A DNA stretch of 64,000 nt from Spirochaetota bacterium (GTDB lineage: Bacteria > Spirochaetota > UBA4802 > UBA5550), in contig CAXXHB010000003.1 of NCBI GenBank assembly GCA_963664815.2, positions 2,336,001 through 2,400,000 on the forward strand, given 5' to 3'. Within the stretch, counting starts at the first letter, position 1. The number at the start of each line of letters is the position of its first letter. The notes beneath the pieces are model-generated. The model was not told the DNA's origin, ran no database searches, and saw only the letters and a list, made by a program, of their open reading frames with translations. Both the position numbers and the translations under genes were made by a program. Below are positions 9,406-19,326 of this stretch, piece after piece.

Positions 9406-11958
9406 CTATCCTGTCACAGTACGGTCAAGATCCTCGGTACGCATTATCCTGATCTCTCTTTTCAGAATCTCATCTTCCACTCCCCTGTCCTGCATCCCGA
9501 TTATGCGGCTGGAGAGTTTTTCTCTTGTCTTTTCAAAAACCTGCCGGACTGTCCTTGCATTAGCGAATGTAGCGCTTTTACCCGAATGAATCTCTTTCAT
9601 TCTTTCCCTGAGCGTTGCTTCAAATCCGTCAGCATATTCAATTTTTTTACTCTTTGCCATGGAATTGAATATTTCAACCATTTCATCCGGAGTGTAATCC
9701 TCGAATGTAATGAAATTAGTGAAACGCGATTTAAATCCGGAGTTTGATTCAATGAACTCATCCATCTCACTTTTATATCCGGCTGCGATACATACGAACT
9801 TACCCCTGTCATCCTCCAGACGCTTAACAAGGGTGTCAACAGCCTCTTTGCCATACTGGTCACCAGCCCCCTGATTCAGCGAATATGCCTCATCTATAAA
9901 AAGTATACCACCCATTGCGCTGTCACATGCGGAATTAACAAGGGGCGGAGTCTGCCCCATATGCGTACCTACAAGCTTCCCGCGGTCCACCTCAACCCGG
10001 TTGTTTGAAGGAAGCATTCCGATTCCCTTAAAAACATCTCCAAGAATACGGGCAACAGTAGTTTTACCGGTACCCGGATTCCCATAAAAAATAAAATGTT
10101 TGGAGACTGCATCCTCCTCCCCCGAAATTTTACCCGCACGGATTGTATTTATTATTGCATTCACTGCTTCTTTAACCGACGCAAGACCTGTAAGTTCATT
10201 AAGCTCTTTCAAGGCATCGTCAACGGTTACAGCCTTTGCCGATGTAGTAAGAGGTATATCTGCCGCAGTTATGGTAAGTATATCTTTTGTGTTATATGCT
10301 TTACCTTCATCTGCCGATTTAGCCAGGCGGTCTGACTGATTGCGCCTGGCATCTTCAAACAGATTGCGCGCTTCACGGCCATTGGCAAAATCTTTCGTTT
10401 TTCTTGAGCAGCGGTCTTTAAAAAATAAAAGAACATTTTCTGCCGCATTTTCTTCTACTATATATTTCTGCTGCCTGGCTTCAATTTTAAATATTTCAAC
10501 AAGTTCTTCCGGATTGTAATCTTCAAGATGAAAACGTTTATTAAACCTGCTTTTAAGACCATCATTCGCCGAGATAAATTTATCCATAGGCTCTTTATAT
10601 CCGGCGGCGACAACCACGAATTTATCTCTGTCGTCCTCCATACGCTTGAGCAGAGCCTCAATAGCCTCAACTCCGAAATCGTTTTCACCACCCTTGGCAA
10701 GGGTATATGCCTCATCGATGAATAACACCCCCCCCATTGCCTGATCACAGAGTGCATTAGTCTGCGGAGCTGTCTGTGCAATATAACCGGCCACCATTTT
10801 ACTCCGATCAACTTCTATTACATGTCCTGTTTCAAGTACGCCCAGCCCTTCAAGTATGCTTCCGAGAAGACGTGCTACCTTTGTTTTACCTGTACCAGGA
10901 TTACCTGTGATGGTAAAATGGTTTACCGGTTTTTTAATTTCTGTCCCGCTGGCTGCCATATCCTGAACATTTTTCATCTGATTAAACAGACTTCGTATCT
11001 CTGCTTTAATGTTTTCCATACCGATAACAGCATCAAGTTCGGCCATTATTTCATCAAGACTTCTCTTCTTTTCAACGGGAAGCGTTACATCCTCTTCAAT
11101 TATAATTTTATCCGCTACTTTCCTTTTAAAATAAGAGGACATAATTTCACGGGCCTCTTTCAACGCGAGGTAACCGTTATGAGCACTGATCTCTGAATCT
11201 GACCTCTTCAGATCTTTTATCAAATATCTGAATCTTTTATTGATCTGATCTTTTACATCTCCGGAAACAATAAGTCCCTGCCTGTCAAGCTCATGACAGA
11301 CAATATCAGAACACTGCGCCGGTGTGTAATCCGGGACAAAAAAGATATTCTGGAAACGACCTGTAATATTTTTATTCTCCGGTTTTTTTACAAATTCCCT
11401 GAACCCGAAAGGAAGCCCGGCAAGTATTACAACAGGATCATTTTCAGATGAATCTATCTGTGTTATAAGAGTTCCAAAGCCGGATGATGCCTTTCCATCT
11501 GAATCAACAAGTTTATGTGCGTTATCAATGAAGAGTACTCCCCCTTTTGCAGCATTAAATATTTTTACAAAGTCAGATGAACCCATTTTTTCGAGTGAAC
11601 TGCCATCCAATACTTCCGGCGTCTTTTTTGTTATCACTCCATAAGATTCAAGAATAGAGGTAATAAGATTTCCTGTAAGCGTTTTTGCAGTACCTGAATT
11701 TCCGATAATAATTGTATTGTACGGTATTCTGAAAGAAGCGCCATTTCTCTTCATACCATCAAGGACATCACTCAGTCCATTCAGTTCTCTTTTAATCTCA
11801 TCAAGACCTACCAGACCATCAAGCAATCCGGGTACACCTGAGGAAATTATGTTATCACCAGCAGCCTGCATCACCGATACAAGACCTTTTCCGCAGTATC
11901 TGCAGAATTTTGCCGTACCGCGGTTATCCTTGCCGCAGTTGCCGCATTTTATAGACAT
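9406..11958 (-). CDS. Triple-module CbbX/SpoVK/EccA-type AAA+ ATPase with N-terminal zinc ribbon
   Basis: Three AAA modules: GNSGTAKT/VLFIDNAH, GNPGTGKT/VLFIDEAY, GNPGTGKT/ILFIDEAY, with SRF and FANGR/FANAR motifs. GGAGG precedes MSIKCGNC at 11958 (ORF track start 12051 overlaps the upstream gene). Confidence 0.92.
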   Translation of the reverse strand: MSIKCGNCGKDNRGTAKFCRYCGKGLVSVMQAAGDNIISSGVPGLLDGLVGLDEIKRELNGLSDVLDGMKRNGASFRIPYNTIIIGNSGTAKTLTGNLITSILESYGVITKKTPEVLDGSSLEKMGSSDFVKIFNAAKGGVLFIDNAHKLVDSDGKASSGFGTLITQIDSSENDPVVILAGLPFGFREFVKKPENKNITGRFQNIFFVPDYTPAQCSDIVCHELDRQGLIVSGDVKDQINKRFRYLIKDLKRSDSEISAHNGYLALKEAREIMSSYFKRKVADKIIIEEDVTLPVEKKRSLDEIMAELDAVIGMENIKAEIRSLFNQMKNVQDMAASGTEIKKPVNHFTITGNPGTGKTKVARLLGSILEGLGVLETGHVIEVDRSKMVAGYIAQTAPQTNALCDQAMGGVLFIDEAYTLAKGGENDFGVEAIEALLKRMEDDRDKFVVVAAGYKEPMDKFISANDGLKSRFNKRFHLEDYNPEELVEIFKIEARQQKYIVEENAAENVLLFFKDRCSRKTKDFANGREARNLFEDARRNQSDRLAKSADEGKAYNTKDILTITAADIPLTTSAKAVTVDDALKELNELTGLASVKEAVNAIINTIRAGKISGEEDAVSKHFIFYGNPGTGKTTVARILGDVFKGIGMLPSNNRVEVDRGKLVGTHMGQTPPLVNSACDSAMGGILFIDEAYSLNQGAGDQYGKEAVDTLVKRLEDDRGKFVCIAAGYKSEMDEFIESNSGFKSRFTNFITFEDYTPDEMVEIFNSMAKSKKIEYADGFEATLRERMKEIHSGKSATFANARTVRQVFEKTREKLSSRIIGMQDRGVEDEILKREIRIMRTEDLDRTVTG

Positions 11959-11971
11959 ATCGGAATCCTCC

Positions 11972-13003
11972 TTAACTTGGCCCTTTAATATTAACATCAA
12001 TTGTGCCGCCAGTATACCAATAACCGCCAAGTTTCGGTTCATCACAGGCATTAGGTCCTTCCGGACAGAGATGTACAGTATTTGTAAAATTGCAAAGCCA
12101 GCCTGTTACTTCCGGAGGCTTCATCGCCATATGATAACGCCGTGCCTCCTGCTGAGTGGTAAACTTTTTATTTCTGAATTTAAGCATTGCTTCATTAGCC
12201 GCCTTCTCCGCAGCGCTTTTTTTCTTCTCAAGTTCGGCTTTCTTCATCATTAACGCGTCAAATTCAGCATCTTTTACTGCACGTATTCGTTGCTCTTCCA
12301 ACTGTTCGTTACGTGCAGCTTCCTCTTCTTTAATTTTTTCGGCCTTTGCTATTGTCTTCTCAGACCCCAGAATTTCCTTAATCTGTGCATCTGAAAAAAA
12401 GGATGGTTTCACCGGTGACACCGCTGCAATTGAAGGAGATTGTCCCTCTTTATTTTTTCCCGCTTCTTCAATAAGACGTTCAATTTCCGACAGTTCTCTT
12501 TCAAGAGAAATTGATTCCCGTACTGTCTCTATAAAATTTTTTGCTTCTGGATCTTTCTGCGCAGCAACTGCTGCTGAACGCGCGTATTCTGTCAGAGGTT
12601 TATTACATTTTGAACAGAAATCAAATATGCTCTTTGTGCCGCAGGAGGGACATACTATACCATTTTTATCATTACCGCATTCCGGGCAAAACGAAGCATC
12701 ATCAGGAATTTCAGCATAACAGAATTTACATCTGCCGTCAAGAAGCCATTCTCCGCAGAATGTACAGATATCTGCTCCCGGATTAACCGGTTTACCACAA
12801 TGAGGACAAAAAAGCGGTGCATTCAACATCGAGCCGCATTCCAGACAGTACTCAGCTTCAGGAGGATTCACGGTACCACATGAAACGCATTTTATTCCAT
12901 CTTCAACAGACTGCTGATTGGATATCTCTTTTTGGAAAGCCTCTTCATGCTGTTGTTTTGCAAATGAAGACTGCTTCTCTTTGCCCTGATAATTACCGGT
13001 CAT
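11972..13003 (-). CDS. Multi zinc-ribbon (DZR) plus coiled-coil protein; first gene of the operon
   Basis: Eight CxxC motifs (CVSC, CLEC, CPHC, CTFC, CKFC, CPEC, CPSC, CSKC), a coiled coil, and a C-terminal Cys/His motif WLCNF...HLC...AC. Confidence 0.85.
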   Translation of the reverse strand: MTGNYQGKEKQSSFAKQQHEEAFQKEISNQQSVEDGIKCVSCGTVNPPEAEYCLECGSMLNAPLFCPHCGKPVNPGADICTFCGEWLLDGRCKFCYAEIPDDASFCPECGNDKNGIVCPSCGTKSIFDFCSKCNKPLTEYARSAAVAAQKDPEAKNFIETVRESISLERELSEIERLIEEAGKNKEGQSPSIAAVSPVKPSFFSDAQIKEILGSEKTIAKAEKIKEEEAARNEQLEEQRIRAVKDAEFDALMMKKAELEKKKSAAEKAANEAMLKFRNKKFTTQQEARRYHMAMKPPEVTGWLCNFTNTVHLCPEGPNACDEPKLGGYWYTGGTIDVNIKGPS

Positions 13004-13456
13004 TTTATGATACCTTTTATAAATATACTATGCTGATCTATTTTTTACCAGATATTAGTGTTGCCATTCTCTTTCATATTAAAACAAACCGCTCTATGAT
13101 ATGTTCCGACATAACATGGTCAAGCTTTTTACATATATTTATATATATAAATGTTTATTTTAAAACCTCTGATTGATACAATAATACAATGTGGGCATTC
13201 TGATAAAAGAGGTTTAATAAACTGAATCATACATTTGATAACTATTACTGAATTCGTATTAATAAGTTATAACACTATTTACTCAGATGATGTCAGTATT
13301 TAATTATTTCAACCTCTATACTGCACTTTATCAGGAATTTTTTGATTTTTCCGTAAATCAATATATGCTTGTTTTTTTTACTGTATTAATATTATTAGAT
13401 ATTTAAAATTTTTTACTTTTATTTGCTGATTAAAATTCAATAAAGAGGAATTTGCT

Positions 13457-14884
13457 ATGGACGATCTTTTCCCAGATAACGAATTACTTTCACTGCTGAA
13501 CAGCGTAATAAACGGAGATCAGTCATCCGGTAAAAGCCAACCTCAGCGTTTTATTCCTGACAACAAGCCATCACAGATACATAACCTTGATATTCTTCGA
13601 ACTTCTGTTTTTACAGACGACGATCTGGAATCCTTCACCCGTGCCCATGATAAAACTGCAGCCGAAATCGGCAAAATCATCGGCGGGATGGTTGTCACTG
13701 CAGACTTTTCAGGAGCGATTCTTACAGGAGAATTTCTGCGCAGCGTGCCTGCCGATTCTTTGACATATATTCTCGCTTTTCAATCCGGCCGTTATGACGG
13801 TTTTATTGAAACTGACCAACCACTGTGTGAATTTTTAAACGATGAAATTGTAAATGAAATAGTTTCAGTTATAAATCAATTCCCTGTAATAAATATGGAA
13901 CTGAATTGTACTCTGTCAGGGAAAACAGAGGGTCCTTTTCTCCAGAACCATGACAAAACAGTATTCTGTAAAATGTCAGCAAAATACGGTGATAAAGTCT
14001 TCGGCATAAATATCGGCTACGATATAAACCTGGCTGCAAAAATGCTGAATATTTCCCTGCCTCATGATATTCCGCTAAGTAGAGATACTTTCTATATCGG
14101 TTCCGCAGGAATATCAAAAATTTTACAGCTTATTCCCGGGAAAAGTATATCTTTGCCTGAAATCTGCCCGACTGTGTATCACACCCGTATAGAAAATACG
14201 GAAAAAAACATGGATTACACAACACTTAGTACAGATCCCTTTATGGAAAACATAAGGTTTCCTCTGACCGTTTCTTTCAGTCATTCTGTTTCAGATATTT
14301 ATATGACTGAAGGGGAACCAGCAAAACTCTATGCTGGTTCCAACCTGATTGCTTCAGTTGTAATCCGAAAAAAAAACGGCCTTCTCACAGCATCTGTAAC
14401 AGATCAAAATATAGACCACGAATACGATAATGCCGGGCAAAACACACTGATCCCTGTTTATGCGGAGTTAGGGAGATGCATATATACTGATGAATCGTTT
14501 TCTATCGGACAGATTCTCCATCTTTACAACGATCGTTTCCCGCATATCAGGCTTTATGCAGGATCAAATCTCTATATGGGGGAATGTGAGGCCATATCCT
14601 GTGACAGCAGTTTCGCAGCAAGAATACTTGATACCTCACCGATAGAACAAAATCCCTCTGAAAGAGGAAACCTCCGTTTTGTTCTTGCAGTAAGAAATTT
14701 TCCTTTACAGGATATATCATCCATTGAAAAGTACGACAACCTTATCTTTAACGGACCTTTTACCGGAGATATTCTGATTTATAATGGTAATCGTCAGGTC
14801 GCCTGGGGGCAGATATCCGAACAAAACAATGATTATTGCATACGTGTTATTTCAATTCCTGAAGACAAGGGTGATCATTTATGA
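13457..14884 (+). CDS. Divergent FliM/FliY-like protein with repeated SpoA (FliN-like) segments
   Basis: N-terminal DNELLSLLNSV and FTDDDLESFTRAHD echo the FliM N-terminus. C-terminal repeats such as IPVYAELGR...SIGQILHL...IRLYAG and DILIYNGNRQVAWGQISEQNNDYCIRV fit the SpoA pattern. Confidence 0.5.
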   Translation: MDDLFPDNELLSLLNSVINGDQSSGKSQPQRFIPDNKPSQIHNLDILRTSVFTDDDLESFTRAHDKTAAEIGKIIGGMVVTADFSGAILTGEFLRSVPADSLTYILAFQSGRYDGFIETDQPLCEFLNDEIVNEIVSVINQFPVINMELNCTLSGKTEGPFLQNHDKTVFCKMSAKYGDKVFGINIGYDINLAAKMLNISLPHDIPLSRDTFYIGSAGISKILQLIPGKSISLPEICPTVYHTRIENTEKNMDYTTLSTDPFMENIRFPLTVSFSHSVSDIYMTEGEPAKLYAGSNLIASVVIRKKNGLLTASVTDQNIDHEYDNAGQNTLIPVYAELGRCIYTDESFSIGQILHLYNDRFPHIRLYAGSNLYMGECEAISCDSSFAARILDTSPIEQNPSERGNLRFVLAVRNFPLQDISSIEKYDNLIFNGPFTGDILIYNGNRQVAWGQISEQNNDYCIRVISIPEDKGDHL

Positions 14885-15240
14885 CAGAGTCATTTCATGT
14901 AGGTTATCGTGCAGAAAATGACACCAGCGGATCAAGATTTTATCTTCTTTTCTGTAAAGCTCTTGAACTGAAAGATATACCACCGGCTGAAGATAACGAT
15001 CCCGATTTCTGGCATACAATCTCCCTTATCGGAGTTATAGCCTGGAACCTTAGCTTTGAACCTGAAACCGGAGAAAATCTGATTCAGCACATGGAAAAGG
15101 AATATGACATGTCCCTCCCCCCTTCATTTCATAAAATCATGACCACTATGATCGAAGACAGAAGAGCAGCTTTTCCGGATGAAAGTTGTCTGATAAAAAA
15201 GTGCCGTTTTGAATGGCCTGATATGATCGTGGAGTATTAG
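14881..15240 (+). CDS. Hypothetical protein
   Basis: 119 aa; ATGA overlap with the upstream gene. Confidence 0.6.
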   Translation: MTESFHVGYRAENDTSGSRFYLLFCKALELKDIPPAEDNDPDFWHTISLIGVIAWNLSFEPETGENLIQHMEKEYDMSLPPSFHKIMTTMIEDRRAAFPDESCLIKKCRFEWPDMIVEY

Positions 15241-15270
15241 TCATTTTGATTATTTGCCGTATATTCTGAA

Positions 15271-16050
15271 TCACCTGTCAAGCATCTCCTTTGTATGGGC
15301 AATCAGTTCAACTCCTCCGACAGCTCCATGCCCGGGGACAACTATTTCATAGCCAGTTGTATCTATGCGTCTTATAGTTTTCTTCCATTCATCAACATTA
15401 CCATCACTGACATTTCCATTCCCCTTTGCATTTCCGGGGAGAATTGCACAACCGCCGAAAATCAGCTTTTTCTCCGGAAGGAAGACAAAAAGATTATCCA
15501 CCGAATGCCCTGCACCGAGGAATCTGATTTCAGCCCTCTCTTTCCCGAAATTTAATGTTAATCCTTTTTTTGAATCGAATATTTTTGTCGGATATACATA
15601 TTTAAAGTTATGATAATACATCTTCATTGATTCATCAGTAACCCACGATTCAGTCAGCTTAATTGAATCTTCACCCCTGGTTTTTATTGCAGCAGGTGTA
15701 AGCTCCGAACTGTAAACGGGTATATTCCTTTTAACAAGAGCCGCGTTTCCTCCAAGCCGGTCAACATGGAAATGTGTATTAATCGCTATAATCTTTCTTT
15801 TACCGAACATCTTATCAATCCACTCTAAAACCGCCCCGGCAGCTTCAGGAGTATATGGAGTATCAATTATAAGAATATCAGAATTCTCCATAACTGCAAC
15901 CAGAGAATTTGAGGGCCATGGATACATATGAACAATGCAGAAAAGATCAGGCGCTAACCGGTTGATGGTTACATCTTTTTTTAAATCATTCGGAAATGAG
16001 GCAGTTACTGAAAACAGAAGAAGAATAAATGTTAAACATATTTTTTTCAT
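15271..16050 (-). CDS. Subclass B1-type metallo-beta-lactamase, secreted
   Basis: Signal peptide; SNSLV, IIDTP, HFHVDRLGG (His116/His118/Asp120), GHSVDN (His196), FGGC (Cys221), VPGHG (His263). Confidence 0.85.
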   Translation of the reverse strand: MKKICLTFILLLFSVTASFPNDLKKDVTINRLAPDLFCIVHMYPWPSNSLVAVMENSDILIIDTPYTPEAAGAVLEWIDKMFGKRKIIAINTHFHVDRLGGNAALVKRNIPVYSSELTPAAIKTRGEDSIKLTESWVTDESMKMYYHNFKYVYPTKIFDSKKGLTLNFGKERAEIRFLGAGHSVDNLFVFLPEKKLIFGGCAILPGNAKGNGNVSDGNVDEWKKTIRRIDTTGYEIVVPGHGAVGGVELIAHTKEMLDR

Positions 16051-16081
16051 ATAATATTCATTAAATATTTTTAATAACAGA

Positions 16082-17143
16082 CTAACTGAATTCCCTTTTC
16101 ATTACCTCTAGCAGCCGTTTCATATCATCATTCCTGCCGATCGTTATTCTTACAAAATCGGTTATACCTGGATGATTAAAAAAACGTACAAGTATCCCAG
16201 CTGATTTAAGAGTATTGTAAACGGTGATGCCGTCAGTTCCGTTTTTTCTTGCAAAGACAAAATTCGACAGTGATGGCAAAACTTCCCATCCCGCCTCACG
16301 AAGCCCGCTGGCAAAGACCTCGCGGGTCTCCTGTATCATTGAATTGATTTCCCTGTAATACTCACTCTCTTTACATGCTGCGATTCCAATACTCTGAGTC
16401 AATGTATCCACCGGGAAATGATTAAACGAGTTTTTTGTTGTGAAAACAGCATCTGTCAGTTCGGGATTTGCAATCATATAACCGAGACGTGACCCTGCGA
16501 AGCAGAAACCTTTTGAGAATGTTCTTATAATAACCAGGTTTTTGTACTCCCTTAGAAGAGGTACGGCAGACTCACCGCCGAAATCAATATAGGCTTCATC
16601 AACAACCACCACACGATCGGATGAATACTGCTCCATAATGTAACGTATTTCCGTCACAGGCATATATATCCCCGTGGGAGCATTTGGATTTGCAAAAATT
16701 ATACCCGAGCTTTTACCGTTCAACAGCGCATCACTGTCTATTGAAAAATCACCTTTCAGAGGAATTCTTCTGAAAGGTATTCCATAGTATCCTGCATATA
16801 CCGGATAGAAACTATATGTATGTTCAGGGAAATAAAGCGGCGCATCATTATCAAAAAAAGTATAAAAAACAAAAGAGAGAACTTCATCTGAGCCGTTACC
16901 TGCAAAGATCATATCCGGCGTTACATCGTCTCCATACATTGATGCTATTGCTTCACGCAGTTCACGTGCGTCAGGATCAGGATAAAGGCGCAGCTTTGAA
17001 TGATCAAACTCTTTCAAAGCTCTATTCACTTCAGGTGATGGCAGATATGGATTTTCATTTGCATTGAGTTTTATATATAACCTGTCAGATGGCTGTTCAC
17101 CCGGTACATAAGGTTTTAATTCTGAAAAGCGTTTAGAAAACAT
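16082..17143 (-). CDS. hisC: Histidinol-phosphate aminotransferase
   Basis: PYVPGEQP, KLNANENP, YPDP, GNGSDE, NPNAPTG, VDEAY and RTFSK motifs. Confidence 0.95.
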   Translation of the reverse strand: MFSKRFSELKPYVPGEQPSDRLYIKLNANENPYLPSPEVNRALKEFDHSKLRLYPDPDARELREAIASMYGDDVTPDMIFAGNGSDEVLSFVFYTFFDNDAPLYFPEHTYSFYPVYAGYYGIPFRRIPLKGDFSIDSDALLNGKSSGIIFANPNAPTGIYMPVTEIRYIMEQYSSDRVVVVDEAYIDFGGESAVPLLREYKNLVIIRTFSKGFCFAGSRLGYMIANPELTDAVFTTKNSFNHFPVDTLTQSIGIAACKESEYYREINSMIQETREVFASGLREAGWEVLPSLSNFVFARKNGTDGITVYNTLKSAGILVRFFNHPGITDFVRITIGRNDDMKRLLEVMKREFS

Positions 17144-17193
17144 GAATAAACTCCGGGGATTAAATTTATTTGTACTGAATCCATTTTATTTAT

Positions 17194-17730
17194 TCAGCTG
17201 TTTTTTTCAACCATTTCCCAGTCTGGTTCATTTTTAAATATAACCGGCAGGTCATTTTCGATGTATCCCCTTATTGAATCATCTGCAAGATATATGAATG
17301 TAATTTCTGTATCTTTTTTACATTTTGCATAAAGCCATCCAGGAATTTTAATCCTTTTTTCACCGATCTTCCCGGGAAGACCACCGGCAATACCATTTAA
17401 AGAAAAAGAGAATGTTGCAGCAACATCAAGAGTCAACCAGTATCGGTTAAATTCATCATCCGGACCGGAATCATATGTCTGATACCTGTTTTCCTGTTGT
17501 TTATCCTTTATTATTCCATAAATTGCATACGGCAGACCTTTTCCGGGTTTATTCCTTATAATAAAAAACCATATGGAAAATGCGTATGCCGGGAGTGTAA
17601 TAAACCAGAGCCCTAAAAACAGACACACAGTACCAATAAGCGCCCACAGGATGCATAGAAAAATATTACCTTTTACGGCATTTTTTATTTCAGGAATAAG
17701 TTCAACATATACAGATGACCAGTTTACCAT
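17194..17730 (-). CDS. Hypothetical membrane protein
   Basis: Two N-terminal TM helices followed by a soluble domain. Confidence 0.6.
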   Translation of the reverse strand: MVNWSSVYVELIPEIKNAVKGNIFLCILWALIGTVCLFLGLWFITLPAYAFSIWFFIIRNKPGKGLPYAIYGIIKDKQQENRYQTYDSGPDDEFNRYWLTLDVAATFSFSLNGIAGGLPGKIGEKRIKIPGWLYAKCKKDTEITFIYLADDSIRGYIENDLPVIFKNEPDWEMVEKNS

Positions 17731-17874
17731 ATTTTATCCCCTGTTTGATATTCTTTATAAATATTAACAATCTTTTTTTAATTTTGTTATTGATTACTCC
17801 GGATATTATACTGTAAATTAAATTTCAATTTTTTATGATAATATTAGGAATATAACATTCAGAATCCGGATGAT

Positions 17875-18612
17875 ATGAATAAAGATAACAGCGACGACGA
17901 AATTTATAATACTTTGCAAAACAATAATCCAGAAGATAGCATGATTGACGAATATGACCTGTACTATGGCGAAAATGCTGTTCCCGATAACGAAGTAAAA
18001 GTTAAAATCAGTGGCCCACTCAGCCGCCGGCCATCTTTAAAATCAGTTATGCCAGCTCTGTTTTTTTCAATACTGTTTATCATCTTTACTTATACTCTTA
18101 GCAATAACTCTTTTACAGATTATCTCTGGGCAAGCCATGATGCAATCTTCATAAAACATGAATACTGGCGCATTCTCACAGCTGTTTTTACGCATTCCGA
18201 CGGAATGCACCTTTTGTCCAATATGCCGTTTTTTATTATCTTCGGGTTTATTCTTTACGACTATTTCGGCTTTATACTTTTCCCGGTTATATCGCTTATA
18301 ACAGGCGTCGCTGCAAATATTATCACTCTCTGGTTCTACCCCGGCAATATAAAGCTTGTGGGGGCATCAGGGATGATTTACGGCATGGTGTCGCTCTGGC
18401 TTGTTCTCTATATTTTTCACGATACTGATCATACAATGACCAGGAGAATCTTCAGGGCAACCGGGTTTACATTGATAGTCCTTTTCCCTGAAACATACAA
18501 CCCGTCAACAAGCTATCTTGCCCACGCTGCCGGTTTTATTATAGGAATTTTATCAGCGCTGATAATTCTTCCATATACCATGTATAGAAATAAAAAGACC
18601 TCTGCTTCATAA
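17875..18612 (+). CDS. Rhomboid family intramembrane serine protease
   Basis: EYWR, HLLSNM, GASG and catalytic AHAAG motifs. Confidence 0.92.
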   Translation: MNKDNSDDEIYNTLQNNNPEDSMIDEYDLYYGENAVPDNEVKVKISGPLSRRPSLKSVMPALFFSILFIIFTYTLSNNSFTDYLWASHDAIFIKHEYWRILTAVFTHSDGMHLLSNMPFFIIFGFILYDYFGFILFPVISLITGVAANIITLWFYPGNIKLVGASGMIYGMVSLWLVLYIFHDTDHTMTRRIFRATGFTLIVLFPETYNPSTSYLAHAAGFIIGILSALIILPYTMYRNKKTSAS

Positions 18613-18762
18613 GACAGAGGTCTTAACAACATTTATAACAGATTCGTTTAATTTTTCAGCCTCTATACATGGTATATATAATAGTTAAAGAGCTTTAAAA
18701 TCCCCATCAATATTTCCAGACTGCCGCAAACAGCAGTCTGGAAAAAAATGCTGATAATTGCT

Positions 18763-19077
18763 TTATTTCAGAAATGAACAGCAGTAATCTGAAGGCGCTT
18801 TAACCCTCATCGTAAACTTTGAATTTGCAGGTATACTGAAAGATTCGCCCCCTTTTATCTGTTTCCACTCTTCACTCCCCGGCAGCTGGACATCAAGCTC
18901 ACCTGAATATATCTCCATAAGCTCGGCTGCGCCGGTATTAAACTGATATTCACCCTTCTGCATAAAACCGAGAGTCTTTTCCGTTCCGTCTGTAAAAATT
19001 ATCTTTCTGCTGACAACGTTTCCGTCGAAATATACATTTGCTTTTTTTACAATAGTAACATTTTTAAATTCAGACAT
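18763..19077 (-). CDS. ppnP: Pyrimidine/purine nucleoside phosphorylase (DUF1255)
   Basis: [13 protein letters not shown]...TLGFM..GEYQFNT..AELMEI..G...DYCCSF. Confidence 0.9.
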   Translation of the reverse strand: MSEFKNVTIVKKANVYFDGNVVSRKIIFTDGTEKTLGFMQKGEYQFNTGAAELMEIYSGELDVQLPGSEEWKQIKGGESFSIPANSKFTMRVKAPSDYCCSFLK

Positions 19078-19282
19078 AAATTCCTCGCTATATAGGTTTA
19101 CAAATAGTGGACTAATTCAATTGTTATATTCTATAATCGAATCTTAAACGGCCATAATCAATCTTCAATGAAATTTGATATTTTTAATATTGATGAATAA
19201 TTTACAATGTAGTGTTTTATGATCAAATACTTTTTAAAACAGATTTGTTTAATGCGTGTTAATTTACCAGCGGATGAAGCAT

Positions 19283-19317
19283 AAATAAAAACCGGGGGCA
19301 TTAAGCCGCCCCCCGGT
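19283..19317 (-). terminator. Intrinsic terminator of the abfD-like gene
   Basis: ACCGGGGG...CCCCCGGT stem followed by a T-rich tract on the minus strand. Confidence 0.7.
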
Positions 19318-19326
19318 AATATTTCT

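Noticed and set aside
11959-12051. N-terminal extension of the AAA ORF given in the track
   Set aside because: It overlaps the upstream gene; a GGAGG RBS supports the start at 11958.
12156-12719. 187-aa + strand ORF and the many other antisense ORFs in the track
   Set aside because: They lie opposite or inside well-supported genes and have no independent motifs or RBS.
13137-13152. Palindrome ATTTATATATATAAAT upstream of the kinase operon
   Set aside because: Pure AT low-complexity sequence, expected by chance in this intergenic region.
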